Positions 48,220 to 58,823 of a stretch of DNA of 64,000 nt are shown here, one piece after another. The position numbers were made by a program, and so were the translations under genes. The notes under the pieces are model-generated. The model was not told the origin of the DNA, made no database searches, and saw nothing but the letters and a program-made list of their open reading frames with translations. The stretch is from Bacteroidales bacterium (lineage in GTDB: Bacteria; Bacteroidota; Bacteroidia; Bacteroidales; VadinHA17), in the NCBI GenBank assembly GCA_003157015.1, contig PMIJ01000114.1, positions 15,240-79,239 of the forward strand, given 5' to 3'. Position 1 is the first letter of the stretch. Every line of letters begins with the position of its first letter.

Positions 48220-48739
48220 GGGACAAGGGACCTTGCACACGTCACAGAGTCTTTTAGATAACCCAGTGTAAAGCCGTAAGATTGCCGCGTCCTCCTTTGT
48301 CGGACTCGCAATGACTCTGCAGGCAAGATAGTTTGTGGCTGGTTGTTATAGGAATTAGGTAGAATCGGCGAGGAGCGAAGCGACGAAGCAATCGTATGAA
48401 ATAACGGACAGTTTAATTCAGGATATACCTTTATATATTATAGATGAAAATTGTTTCTACCTCTTTTGCTTATCAGATCAAAAATCAAAATTATTATTTG
48501 GATTGTGTCTAAATTACGATCCTCATATGAAGCGGGAAATTTATTGTATAATATTTAAAGACAAGATTTTGACTCCTTTTTGACTCCTTTTTTAATAATT
48601 TTTTAATAAGCGGGAATAATTTATGAGAAATTAGTGTTGTTATTCTTGATTTTATTTTTACCTTCGTTACCCGTGAACCTATCACCAATCGATGAATAAA
48701 GAAAATTCTTGTTTTATATTATAAACCCTTTTAACTAAC

Positions 48740-51700
48740 ATGTTTAAAAAACGACTGACTATGCAAATTTCTACAAGTGTACGGCGCATTGCGCTGTTTT
48801 TTCTAAGCATGGTTCTCTCTTCAGGCATTCTTTTTGCTCAGGAGAAGACCATCACAGGGAAAGTCACCGGTCAAGGCGAAGGAGTTCTGGCTGGTGTGAA
48901 CGTTACAGTTCAGGGAACGACGATCGGTGCGATCACAGACCTGAATGGTAGCTACTCAATCAAAGTGCCGGGTTCGGCAGCTGTACTTGTCTTTTCATCC
49001 GTCGGCTACAGCACCAAACAGATAGCTGTAGGCACGCAGAATGTAATTGACATGGTTCTTCTATCAGACGTAACTGCTCTGAGTGAAGTAGTTGTAACAG
49101 GTTATACTACCCAACGGAGAAAGGACCTTACTGGATCTGTTGGAACTGTTGCAAACACCGAACTTACTGCTGTTCCTGTTCCGAACGTAAGTAATGCACT
49201 GCAGGGACGTTCATCAGGGGTAGTGGTAACCGGAAACGGACAACCTGGTACCACAGCATCAGTGAGGATCAGGGGATTCAGTTCATTCCAGGCCAACGAC
49301 CCACTCTATGTTGTTGATGGAGTTCCGACCCAGGACATTTCCTCTTTGAACCCGAGTAACGTTGAATCAATCTCCGTACTGAAAGATGCCGGAGCCGCTT
49401 CTATTTACGGATCAAGGGCATCTAACGGTGTTATCATTATCACGACCAAAAAAGGGCAAAAAGGAACACAAGTAGGCTACAGCATGTATGCAGGCATTTC
49501 TGATCCTGGCAAAGGCCCGACCAACCTGTGTAATACTCAGCAATATGCCGATCTTCAGTGGCTCATTTACAAAAATGATGGAGTTACAACAAACGACGCC
49601 ATTTATGGTCCTTCAACTAATCCTACACCCACATTACCCAGTTGGGCAGCAAATACCAACTGGTACAAGGCTATGACCCATACTGCTTATAAGCAGAATC
49701 ACGACCTCACCCTTTCAGGTGGTTCTGATAATGCTAAATTCTTTGGAGCAATAGGAGTAGACGATGAGAATGGTATTATTATCTATAACTATTCAAAGAA
49801 ATATACAGCAAGGTTCAACTCGGAATTTAGTTTCCTGAACAGCCATGTAAAAATTGGAGAAACATTCGCTTTCGAGTACGGATCAACAAACACTGTTGCG
49901 AACCTGAACGAAAGCAGCCCTTTCCAGATGGGTTCCTACAGGAGCCAGCCGATCATACCGGTTGTTATTCCCGCAGGTGAGACAATTCCAGCATCAGGTC
50001 ATCTTTATCAACCCGGCGATTGGGGAGGAACAGGAATTTCCACTGGTCTGGGACAGGCTGCCAATGAAGTAGCCGTACTTACAAGAGCAAAAGATAATGT
50101 TAACTGGAACATCAATTTGATCGGAAGTGGTTATTTAGATGTTAAAATTCTCCAGGGTCTGAATTTCAGATCAACTCTCGGAGGAACATGGTCCAATTAC
50201 TACTATTCAAATTATACGTACGCAACTTACGAAGGATCAGAAAATGTTGCTACCCCAGCTTTGAATCAGGGTGCAGGTTATAACAGGGACTGGACCTGGA
50301 CAAACCAGCTGACCCTGGATAAAACATTTGGTCAGCATAAGATCCTTGTTGTTGCAGGTTATGAAAGTAATGATCTTGGCGTCGGAGCTGACTTAAATGC
50401 TACAGCCAGCGGATACTTCACAGATAATGTGAATTACCGTACATTGACCAATGGCGCTAAAATTACCGGTGCAGGATCAAATTTGTATACTGCAACAACA
50501 CTGTTATCCCAGTTCGCAAGAGCTGATTATTCTTTCATGGACAGGTATATGTTGAGCGCTACAATACGTCGTGATGGTTCTTCAAAATTCGGCGCTTCTA
50601 ACCGTTATGGTGTATTCCCTTCATTTTCTGCAGGATGGCGCATAAGCGATGAACCATTCTTCAAAGGTATCAGCTTTATCAATGACCTGAAATTAAGAGG
50701 TTCATGGGGTCAGATGGGTAACCAGCTGGCCGTTGACCCGCAGAACCAGTTCTCTGCTTATGGTGGCGATCCTTCTACATCTTTTTATGCTATAGACGGG
50801 GCGACCAGTTCAGCAACGCAGGGATTCCACCCTGTACGTCTCGGTAATCCTAATGCAAAATGGGAAACCAACATTACCACGGATATCGGGATTGAAACAT
50901 CTTTCCTTAACAGTAAATTCTCGATCAAAGCCGACTGGTACCAGAAGAAGACCAAAGACCTTCTTTACAATCCTACATTACCGGGTACTGCAGGGGCAGC
51001 AACAGCGCCTTATATAAATATTGCCGCCATGACCAATACAGGACTCGATCTCGAACTGGGATACAAAGATAAATGGGGCGACCTTGGATTTGACGGAAGT
51101 ATTATTGCAACAACAGGTAAAAATACCATTGATAAAATTGCTGAAGGTATAAACTACTTTGACGCCAATGGAGGTTCCAGGATCGGAGCTTTCAACAGGA
51201 GTATGGTAGGTCACTCGATGGGAGAATTTTTCGGTTACAAGGTGATCGGCCTGTTCCAGAGTGCTGCTGAGGTTGCTTCTTCTCCAACACAAGATGGAGC
51301 TGCTCCGGGGTTGTTCAAATATCAGGACACCAATGGCGATGGCAAGATTGATGCAACTGACCGGGTATTCCTGGGTAGTCCACTTCCAAAATTAACTTAT
51401 GGATTTAATCTGGCATTCACCTATAAGAATTTTGACCTTACCGCTTTCATCTGGGGTTCATATGGAAACAAAATATATAACTGGAACGCTTGGTGGATTG
51501 ATTTCTGGCCATCATTTGCAGGACAGAAGAGTACAGATCTTTTGTACAAAAGCTGGACACCAACCAATACAAATACAGATATACCAAAGGCAACCTCTCT
51601 GTCTAACTTCTCAACAAACACACAATCAACCAGCTTTTATGTTGAGGACGGTTCTTATGCAAGGCTGAAAAACCTCCAGTTAGGTTATACCTTTCCATCA

Positions 51701-51895
51701 AGCCTGATGAGCAAGATAAATGTAAAAGCTCTCAGAGTTTATGTTCAGGCAGTAAACCTTTTCACAATTACCAAATATTCAGGACTTGATCCGGAAATTG
51801 ACACCCAGGGTGGGAACGACCAGATCAGAGGCGTTGACTATGGTAACTATCCTGCTGTCAAACAGTATATTATTGGACTCAATCTAACGTTTTAA
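48740..51895 (+). CDS. susC: SusC/RagA-family TonB-dependent transporter
   Basis: LSEVVVTGY, PLYVVDGVP, VLKDAGAASIYGSRASNGVIIITTKKG, RRDGSSKFG, KWET and terminal F. Start may be the ATG at 48761. Confidence 0.95.
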   Translation: MFKKRLTMQISTSVRRIALFFLSMVLSSGILFAQEKTITGKVTGQGEGVLAGVNVTVQGTTIGAITDLNGSYSIKVPGSAAVLVFSSVGYSTKQIAVGTQNVIDMVLLSDVTALSEVVVTGYTTQRRKDLTGSVGTVANTELTAVPVPNVSNALQGRSSGVVVTGNGQPGTTASVRIRGFSSFQANDPLYVVDGVPTQDISSLNPSNVESISVLKDAGAASIYGSRASNGVIIITTKKGQKGTQVGYSMYAGISDPGKGPTNLCNTQQYADLQWLIYKNDGVTTNDAIYGPSTNPTPTLPSWAANTNWYKAMTHTAYKQNHDLTLSGGSDNAKFFGAIGVDDENGIIIYNYSKKYTARFNSEFSFLNSHVKIGETFAFEYGSTNTVANLNESSPFQMGSYRSQPIIPVVIPAGETIPASGHLYQPGDWGGTGISTGLGQAANEVAVLTRAKDNVNWNINLIGSGYLDVKILQGLNFRSTLGGTWSNYYYSNYTYATYEGSENVATPALNQGAGYNRDWTWTNQLTLDKTFGQHKILVVAGYESNDLGVGADLNATASGYFTDNVNYRTLTNGAKITGAGSNLYTATTLLSQFARADYSFMDRYMLSATIRRDGSSKFGASNRYGVFPSFSAGWRISDEPFFKGISFINDLKLRGSWGQMGNQLAVDPQNQFSAYGGDPSTSFYAIDGATSSATQGFHPVRLGNPNAKWETNITTDIGIETSFLNSKFSIKADWYQKKTKDLLYNPTLPGTAGAATAPYINIAAMTNTGLDLELGYKDKWGDLGFDGSIIATTGKNTIDKIAEGINYFDANGGSRIGAFNRSMVGHSMGEFFGYKVIGLFQSAAEVASSPTQDGAAPGLFKYQDTNGDGKIDATDRVFLGSPLPKLTYGFNLAFTYKNFDLTAFIWGSYGNKIYNWNAWWIDFWPSFAGQKSTDLLYKSWTPTNTNTDIPKATSLSNFSTNTQSTSFYVEDGSYARLKNLQLGYTFPSSLMSKINVKALRVYVQAVNLFTITKYSGLDPEIDTQGGNDQIRGVDYGNYPAVKQYIIGLNLTF

Positions 51896-51914
51896 TTTTA
51901 AATAATATTAAAAT

Positions 51915-53807
51915 ATGAAAAAGAAGTATATTATATTTATCCTAATCATTGCAGTGATCGGAACATGGGGTTCCTGCAAAAGCGATTTTCTTACTGTCGC
52001 TCCGACAGGAAGTCTTGACCAGGGGTTATTACAGACAACTGCCGGTCTCGATGCTTTGTTAGTCGGTTGTTATTCAATGTTGACCGGCGCAGACAATCAG
52101 CAAGGTTGGAGCTGGGAAGCTCCAGGATCCAACTGGGTGTGGGGTTCTATACGTGGTGTTGAAGCAAATAAAGGATCCAACTCGGGTGACCAGCAGGACA
52201 TTCAGCCTATACAGGGCTTTACAGAAGATCCTACAAATTCTTACCTTGATATTTCATGGAGATTCCTTTATGAGGCTATTTCCAGGTGTAATAATGCTAT
52301 TATTATTACCAACAAAGCACTGGCTGCAAGCAAAATTACCCAGGATCAGGCTACTGTTTATCTCGAACAGGCTCAGACACTTCGTGGATGGTACCACTTT
52401 GTCGCCTGGAGAATGTGGACCAAAATCCCATACATGGATGAAAATGCTGATCCCTCCAAAGCATCTAACTCAGCAGATGTTACTCCGCAAATAATTGCTG
52501 ACCTGACCGCAGGTACCAATCTGCCAGATAACATGGGAGAGATTGGGAAATTCAACGGAACCGTTGCAAAAGTTCTTCTCGCAAAAGCCCTGATGCAGTG
52601 TAATCATGACTATGCAGGCGCTTTAACTCTCCTTCAGTATGTTAAAGTAAGCGGTAAAAAACCCGATAATTCAGCTATCGGACTTGCTCCAACTTATGGT
52701 GAGATATTTGATATTGAACACCGTAATGGAATTGAAGCTGTTTACACAGTTCAGACTTCAGTAAACACTGGTTCGGGCGGATTTACCGGTACAGAAAACG
52801 AACTATTGAATTATCCCTATGGCACTGGCAAACCCGGAACGTGCTGTGGATTCTTCCAGCCAACCCAGGAATTTGTTAATTCCTTTGACGTCGATGCTAA
52901 TGGCCTCCCATTATTGGATAACAGTTATGACTCACCTGCAAATCAGAATTTGCGTGATGAAGGTATTGTCGGTGGTCAAATATGGGATGCGACTCTAACT
53001 TATGCTAAAAACCAGGGTGTCACTGCTTATGCTCCGGGAGCTCCGTTTAAAGATCTGGGATATGTTTCTCTTATAGACGCTAATAAAGGAAATAACCCTC
53101 TTACGAGCCCGGCTGCATGGTCTCTGACGTGGACAGAAGACAATTCAAAACCTGTTGACCCGCGTCTTGACTGGTCAGCTGGCAGGAGAGGTATTCCATA
53201 CTGGGATTGGGGCGTACATACCGGTTCAGACTGGATCCGTGACCAAACCTATGGCGGACCATACAGTCCTAAGAAGCAGGTTTACAAGAAATCACAGGAA
53301 GGTAAATTTACAGAAGTTGGAAACTGGACATCCGGCTGGACAGCAAATGGCTACCGCATGATCCGTTACGCTGACGTACTTTTAATGCTTGCTGAATGCC
53401 AGATTGAAACTAATGATTTGGCCAGTGCACTTGTCAATATTAACGCGGTTAGAGCCAGAGCAGCTAATCCTCTGGGTTTTGTTATGGAATCCGATGGCGT
53501 AACTCCTGCTGCTACTTATCACGTAGGTCAGTACCCATCTTTCCCGACTCAGGATTATGCCCGTACTGCGCTCCGCCTGGAAAGAAAACTTGAACTTGGG
53601 CAGGAAGGCCACAGGTATTTTGACTTCCAGAGATGGGGAGCTACTTATCTGATCAGCGAAATCAACAGAGCTTTAACCTATGAGGAATCAACGCCCTGGG
53701 GTCCGACCACTTACAACGGATCGAAAGCTGCAGCAAAAGATGTTAACTATCCTATACCACAACAGGAGATTGACCTGAGCAACGGTGCTATAGTTCAGAA
53801 CAGATAA
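51915..53807 (+). CDS. susD: SusD/RagB-family lipoprotein
   Basis: Lipobox WGSC; IRYADVLLMLAE, ERKLELGQEGHRYFDFQRWG and PIPQQEID motifs. Confidence 0.95.
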   Translation: MKKKYIIFILIIAVIGTWGSCKSDFLTVAPTGSLDQGLLQTTAGLDALLVGCYSMLTGADNQQGWSWEAPGSNWVWGSIRGVEANKGSNSGDQQDIQPIQGFTEDPTNSYLDISWRFLYEAISRCNNAIIITNKALAASKITQDQATVYLEQAQTLRGWYHFVAWRMWTKIPYMDENADPSKASNSADVTPQIIADLTAGTNLPDNMGEIGKFNGTVAKVLLAKALMQCNHDYAGALTLLQYVKVSGKKPDNSAIGLAPTYGEIFDIEHRNGIEAVYTVQTSVNTGSGGFTGTENELLNYPYGTGKPGTCCGFFQPTQEFVNSFDVDANGLPLLDNSYDSPANQNLRDEGIVGGQIWDATLTYAKNQGVTAYAPGAPFKDLGYVSLIDANKGNNPLTSPAAWSLTWTEDNSKPVDPRLDWSAGRRGIPYWDWGVHTGSDWIRDQTYGGPYSPKKQVYKKSQEGKFTEVGNWTSGWTANGYRMIRYADVLLMLAECQIETNDLASALVNINAVRARAANPLGFVMESDGVTPAATYHVGQYPSFPTQDYARTALRLERKLELGQEGHRYFDFQRWGATYLISEINRALTYEESTPWGPTTYNGSKAAAKDVNYPIPQQEIDLSNGAIVQNR

Positions 53808-53830
53808 TATCTTTATAAATTATTATATTC

Positions 53831-53868
53831 ATAGTGGACTGCCTGTTCGGGCAGTCCACTATTTTTTT
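53831..53868 (+). terminator. Rho-independent terminator after susD
   Basis: atagtggactgcc-tgttcg-ggcagtccactat, a 13-bp stem followed by a T run. Confidence 0.85.
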
Positions 53869-53894
53869 ATACATTTGGCGGGTTAATGAATACT

Positions 53895-54090
53895 TACCTC
53901 ATCCCCCTGCCCCCTTCTCCCGGGATAGAAGGGGGTAACTTGTTGACAGTGATAAATACTGTATTAGCCCCTCCCTCCCGGGGGAGGGGTTGGGGAGAGG
54001 TGAATCCCAAATGCAAGGGGGAAGAGGCAAGAAAATATATGGAAGGATTAGGGGAGAGGTGGATCCCAAATGGATTGGGGGAAGAGGCAC
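53895..54090. repeat. Cluster of CCCCTCC/GGAGGGG-type REP-like hairpins
   Basis: ccccttctcccgggatagaagggg and cccctccctcccgggggagggg, plus repeated ggggagagg..atcccaaat. Related sequences lie at 9172-9258 and 43241-43320. Confidence 0.65.
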
Positions 54091-54127
54091 TTGAAATAGA
54101 AATAAAAACAAAACCATCATATATAGC

Positions 54128-57100
54128 ATGAGAATTTCAATATTGTTTATCTGCATCATATTTCTGTCAATTTCCTGTTCTCAACCAACAAAGTTCAGGG
54201 CATTGAAATCCGACAGGACAGGGATCACCTTTAATAATAAGATAGTTGAATCGGACAGTTTTAACCTGATGAAATATGAATATATATATAATGGCGCAGG
54301 TGTGGGTATTGCCGACCTGAATAATGATGGTTTACCTGATATAATTTTCGCGGGGAACCAGGTATCTCCAAGGATCTATTTGAACCAGGGTAATTTTAAA
54401 TTTAAGGATATCACATCAAACTTTGCGGGACTTACCAATGATGAGTGGTACAGCGGTGTCGCAATTGTGGATATCAACAACGACGGATGGCCCGATGTTT
54501 ACCTGACTGCTACTGGTAATAAAGATCCCCAGAAACGGAAAAACAGGTTGTGGGTCAACAATGGTGCAAAGAACGGAATGGATCCCACTTTTACCGAGAT
54601 GGCAGAGAAATATGGAATTGCAGATACTGGTTATTCGGTCAATGCAACATTTTTTGATTATGACAGAGATGGATACCTCGATCTGTATGTTTTAAATAAC
54701 ACAGTTAATTCAAGGATGAATACCAATTACCGTGCTAAAATTAATGACGGTAATTCTCCAAACAATGACAGGCTTTATCATAATAACGGAAACGGAACTT
54801 TTACCGATGTGACCATAAAAGCAGGAATAGTTTATGAAGGCTTTGGGCTGGGGATTGCCGTAGGCGATGTGAACAAGGACGGATACCCTGATATCTATAT
54901 TTCAAATGATTTTAATTCCAATGACTTATTATATATAAATCAGGGTGATGGCACGTTCAAAAATGAAATAGCTAAATACATGTCATACCAGTCAAAATCT
55001 TCAATGGGTGATGATATGGCTGATGTGAACAATGACGGAAATCTTGACATGTTCACACTCGATATGTTTCCCGAACAATATGCTAAAAGAAAACAGACCG
55101 TTAATGGTTTTTTCTATTACATCTATATACTGGAAGATAAATTCGGATATGAACACCAGTATGTTCGCAATATGCTCCATATGCATAATGGATTCCTGAA
55201 TGGTGAAATGTTGCCTTACAGCGAAGAAGGTCAGATGAGAGGTGTTTTTGCAACTGACTGGAGCTGGTCCCCGCTGTTTGCCGATTACAATAATGACGGC
55301 AATAAGGACCTTATCATTTCAAATGGTTTCCCCAAAGACGAGACCGATAAAGACTGGACTAGGTTCAAAGTGACAGCTGAAGGATATTATGCTTCAAATA
55401 AGCTGCTTATTGATATGGCTCCTGCAGTTAAAATTCCGAATAAAGCATTTGAAAATAACGGCACTGGAAATTTCGTAGAGAGAAGAGACTGGCTTCCCCA
55501 GATCCCTTCATACTCTTATGGAGCTGCCTTTGTTGATCTCGATAACGATGGAGATCTTGATTATGTTGTAAATAATTTGAATGACGAAGCCTTTATTCTA
55601 AGGAATTATACTGTCGAAAAATCCAAAAAAGACGCTAATTATATAAAGATAAAGTTGGTTGGAAAGACAGGAAATACCATGGCTATTGGAGCAAAAATAG
55701 AATTGTGGAGCAACGGTAAGTTCCAGTACACGGAACATTATCTGACAAGAGGATATGCTTCATCTGTTGATCCTATAGTCCATTTTGGCATCGGAAAGGA
55801 AACTGTTATTGATTCAGTAAGAATTACATGGCCGGCCAGCGGCAATACCACGGTTATTAAGAATATTAAAGCTGATCAGACAATTGAAGTGAATGAAATT
55901 AGTTCTGTCGTGTCACATCCGGTCGTTAAAACTTTAAGTAAAAGCCACCTGTTGTTCAACAAGCGTGAGAATGTTATAAATTATGTTCATGAGCAGAAAG
56001 ATTTTAACGATTTCGGGCTCAATCAGATAATAATGCCGCATAAGTTTTCACAGATTGGTCCACGGATGGCAAAAGGGGACCTTAATAATGATGGACAGGA
56101 AGATATTATCATAGGTTCAACTAATACCTTACCAACTAAAGTGTTCCTCAGGAAAGGAAACACATTCGAGGAAGCCGTATTTGATGGACTTACCACGCAA
56201 AAGCCATTCTCTGAATCTGACCTTGCAATAGTTGATATAAATAATGACGGAAAAAACGATGTTGTGGCTGTTGCAGGTGGTTATGAGAATAAAGAGGAAG
56301 CTGAATATAAACACTACCTGTATGAAAACCAGAATGGCACTTTTATAAGATCAGAGCTTCCGATTCCGGCATTCCCGGCGTCAGTTATCCGGCCATGTGA
56401 CTTTAATCACGACGGATATGTGGATTTGTTTATCGGCGCCAGGGTAAAGAAAGGAATGTTTCCATATTCAAATCATTCATGGCTCATAATTAATGATAAA
56501 GGCAAACTTACTGTTAATTCAACTTCGCGCTGGGATCTTGGAATGGTTACGGATGCGATCTGGACCGATTATGATAATGATGGCTGGGAAGATCTGCTTG
56601 TTGCAAGAGAAGATAATTCTCTGGTATTACTCAAAAATATGAACGGGAAAGAGCTTGTTCCCCAGAACATACCGGAGCTGGAAGAAAAACACGGTATGTG
56701 GTCTTCACTTATTGCCGGTGATTTCAATAAGGATGGCTACCAGGACTATATTGTCGGAAATCTTGGTGACAACAATCGATTTAATGTAAGTGATAAATAT
56801 CCTCTGAAGCTTTATGCAATTGATCTTGACGGAGACGGTAATATCGACCCTCTGATGACTGGATATTGGCCTGATCAGAACGGAATAATGAAAGAATACC
56901 CAGTCAATTATCTCGATGAACTCTGGTCGCAATCAGTCTTCTTTAAGAAAAAATTCAATGACTATGTAACGTTTAGTTATGCCACTATAGGCGATATTCT
57001 GGATGAAAACCTGTTAAAAAAGGTAAAGTTTAAGCTTTATGTCAATACAACATCGAGCTACATTTTATGGAATGAGAAAGGAAAATTCAGATGGGAAAAG

Positions 57101-57436
57101 TTACCTGAAGCCGTCCAGGTCTCTCCGGTTAAAAAAATGATAGTTAATGATTTCAATGGCGACGGTTATCCCGATGTGCTTGTAGGCGGTAATGATTATT
57201 CTTATGATGTGTCAACCGGATATTATGATGCAAATAAAGGACTGATCTTAATGAATAAAGGCGCTAAAAGGGAAAAAGGAAAACCCTCTTTCGATGTATT
57301 GTCTGCTGCTCAGAGCGGGCTGTTTCTCCAGGGAGTGGTAGAATCGCTGTTATACTTTAAAGGCGATACATCTTTGGTTGTCGCAGGTATTAACAGGTCA
57401 AAAGTATCAGTGTTTGAACACGTTGATAAAAAGTAA
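54128..57436 (+). CDS. VCBS/FG-GAP repeat lipoprotein with ASPIC/UnbV domain (two propellers)
   Basis: Lipobox SISC; many DxNxDGxxD loops; TRGYASSVDPIVHFGIG..ITWP. Confidence 0.9.
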   Translation: MRISILFICIIFLSISCSQPTKFRALKSDRTGITFNNKIVESDSFNLMKYEYIYNGAGVGIADLNNDGLPDIIFAGNQVSPRIYLNQGNFKFKDITSNFAGLTNDEWYSGVAIVDINNDGWPDVYLTATGNKDPQKRKNRLWVNNGAKNGMDPTFTEMAEKYGIADTGYSVNATFFDYDRDGYLDLYVLNNTVNSRMNTNYRAKINDGNSPNNDRLYHNNGNGTFTDVTIKAGIVYEGFGLGIAVGDVNKDGYPDIYISNDFNSNDLLYINQGDGTFKNEIAKYMSYQSKSSMGDDMADVNNDGNLDMFTLDMFPEQYAKRKQTVNGFFYYIYILEDKFGYEHQYVRNMLHMHNGFLNGEMLPYSEEGQMRGVFATDWSWSPLFADYNNDGNKDLIISNGFPKDETDKDWTRFKVTAEGYYASNKLLIDMAPAVKIPNKAFENNGTGNFVERRDWLPQIPSYSYGAAFVDLDNDGDLDYVVNNLNDEAFILRNYTVEKSKKDANYIKIKLVGKTGNTMAIGAKIELWSNGKFQYTEHYLTRGYASSVDPIVHFGIGKETVIDSVRITWPASGNTTVIKNIKADQTIEVNEISSVVSHPVVKTLSKSHLLFNKRENVINYVHEQKDFNDFGLNQIIMPHKFSQIGPRMAKGDLNNDGQEDIIIGSTNTLPTKVFLRKGNTFEEAVFDGLTTQKPFSESDLAIVDINNDGKNDVVAVAGGYENKEEAEYKHYLYENQNGTFIRSELPIPAFPASVIRPCDFNHDGYVDLFIGARVKKGMFPYSNHSWLIINDKGKLTVNSTSRWDLGMVTDAIWTDYDNDGWEDLLVAREDNSLVLLKNMNGKELVPQNIPELEEKHGMWSSLIAGDFNKDGYQDYIVGNLGDNNRFNVSDKYPLKLYAIDLDGDGNIDPLMTGYWPDQNGIMKEYPVNYLDELWSQSVFFKKKFNDYVTFSYATIGDILDENLLKKVKFKLYVNTTSSYILWNEKGKFRWEKLPEAVQVSPVKKMIVNDFNGDGYPDVLVGGNDYSYDVSTGYYDANKGLILMNKGAKREKGKPSFDVLSAAQSGLFLQGVVESLLYFKGDTSLVVAGINRSKVSVFEHVDKK

Positions 57437-57447
57437 AAGTCTTTATT

Positions 57448-57975
57448 CTATTCTACTTTGATCAGGTCTCCTGATTTGAACCGGTATTTAACCACTTCCT
57501 TGCAGAGTGAACAATTTGCAAGAGGGGAATTGCGCGATTTGGTATAGATTTCGGCTGTTATTACCCTGTCTTTTATTCCCAGGATTCTCATATCAGATTC
57601 GATTGCCCTGCTTAGGATAAGCTTTCCATCTGTGTTTATTAGTATCAAATGTTCGGACATTACAATATACTGACCATGATAATAATCCATAGAAATAATT
57701 GCGTCTTCAGTATTATCATCATCAATAAGGCCTGTATAAATTTTTGCAGGGTCTATCACATAACTTGACTGATCTTCTCCGACGGTTATAATTCCATCCT
57801 TTGAAACTGTTTTCTTCGGTTCTTTAAATTTTCCGTTTATATAATTGGTAGCCAGTGCCAGAACTTCCTTCTTAACACGTGGTGAAACATATTTTCCGTT
57901 AGCATCTTTTTTCCCACTATTTGTGCAGGATAAAAGAAGCGGGATAAGAAATAATATATAAAAACTCTTTTTCAT
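57448..57975 (-). CDS. Hypothetical lipoprotein
   Basis: MKKSFYILFLIPLLLSC lipoprotein signal; CxxC near the C-terminus. Confidence 0.75.
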   Translation of the reverse strand: MKKSFYILFLIPLLLSCTNSGKKDANGKYVSPRVKKEVLALATNYINGKFKEPKKTVSKDGIITVGEDQSSYVIDPAKIYTGLIDDDNTEDAIISMDYYHGQYIVMSEHLILINTDGKLILSRAIESDMRILGIKDRVITAEIYTKSRNSPLANCSLCKEVVKYRFKSGDLIKVE

Positions 57976-58128
57976 AATTAGGAATTTGATTGTGATCAAA
58001 AATATAACAAATCGCGTGAATTGGAAAGGTGAAGAGATAAATTGTTTTTTCAAAATTTGTTCAAACTCATGAGATTCCTCATTCCGCTGCGCTTCATTCG
58101 GAATGACAAGCAATTTTTGAAGTATGGG

Positions 58129-58167
58129 GTAGCGATGGCGGTTCGCCGAGCGAACCGCCATCGCTAC
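58129..58167. repeat. GTAG-type perfect palindrome (REP-like, possibly a terminator)
   Basis: gtagcgatggcggttcgc-cga-gcgaaccgccatcgctac with 18-bp arms. Confidence 0.8.
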
Positions 58168-58229
58168 TCTTGTTACCCCTTATTTGCTGTCATCCCGAGC
58201 GAAGGCGAGGGATCTCTGTCTCTCAGTAT

Positions 58230-58649
58230 TTACTTCGTATATTTTAACCTGAGATCAATCTTTTTATCATAGACAAAATAACAAGGATTGTCACATTGAG
58301 TCTTGTCAAATTTTACCCTGGGGGTAGCGGAATCTACCGCAATGTAATAATTATCAGATATGTAATAGGTGGCCGTTACTGTATATTTTTTATTTATAGT
58401 CACAGGAATTGTAGCCTGTGAGCCTGATGCCTGGAATGAGTCATATAATACACTGTCCTCGATATTGCCTTCATATACATTAATCAGTATTGAATTGCCA
58501 TAATGCGGCGGATCCATTTTCACATCGAGATTTGTTTTTACCGGTTCATCTGCTGTGCAATCAGGACATTTGATAATAAGAGACTGATCTTCACACGAGA
58601 AGAAGAAAATAAGAACAATTGACAATATAATTTTAAATATATTTCTCAT
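58230..58649 (-). CDS. Hypothetical lipoprotein
   Basis: Lipobox FFSC; CPDC and CDNPC cysteine pairs. Confidence 0.75.
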   Translation of the reverse strand: MRNIFKIILSIVLIFFFSCEDQSLIIKCPDCTADEPVKTNLDVKMDPPHYGNSILINVYEGNIEDSVLYDSFQASGSQATIPVTINKKYTVTATYYISDNYYIAVDSATPRVKFDKTQCDNPCYFVYDKKIDLRLKYTK

Positions 58650-58823
58650 TAAATTTGTTTTTTCAAAATTTGTTCAAACTCATGAGATTCCTCATTCCGC
58701 TGCGCTTGTCATTCCGAACGTAGTGAGGAACCGAGTACCGATCTGTCGGTACGAGCTCACCGAAGGTAATCTCATACTCAATTATTTTAAGACTATTATT
58801 GATAACTGATACTCAAATTTTTT

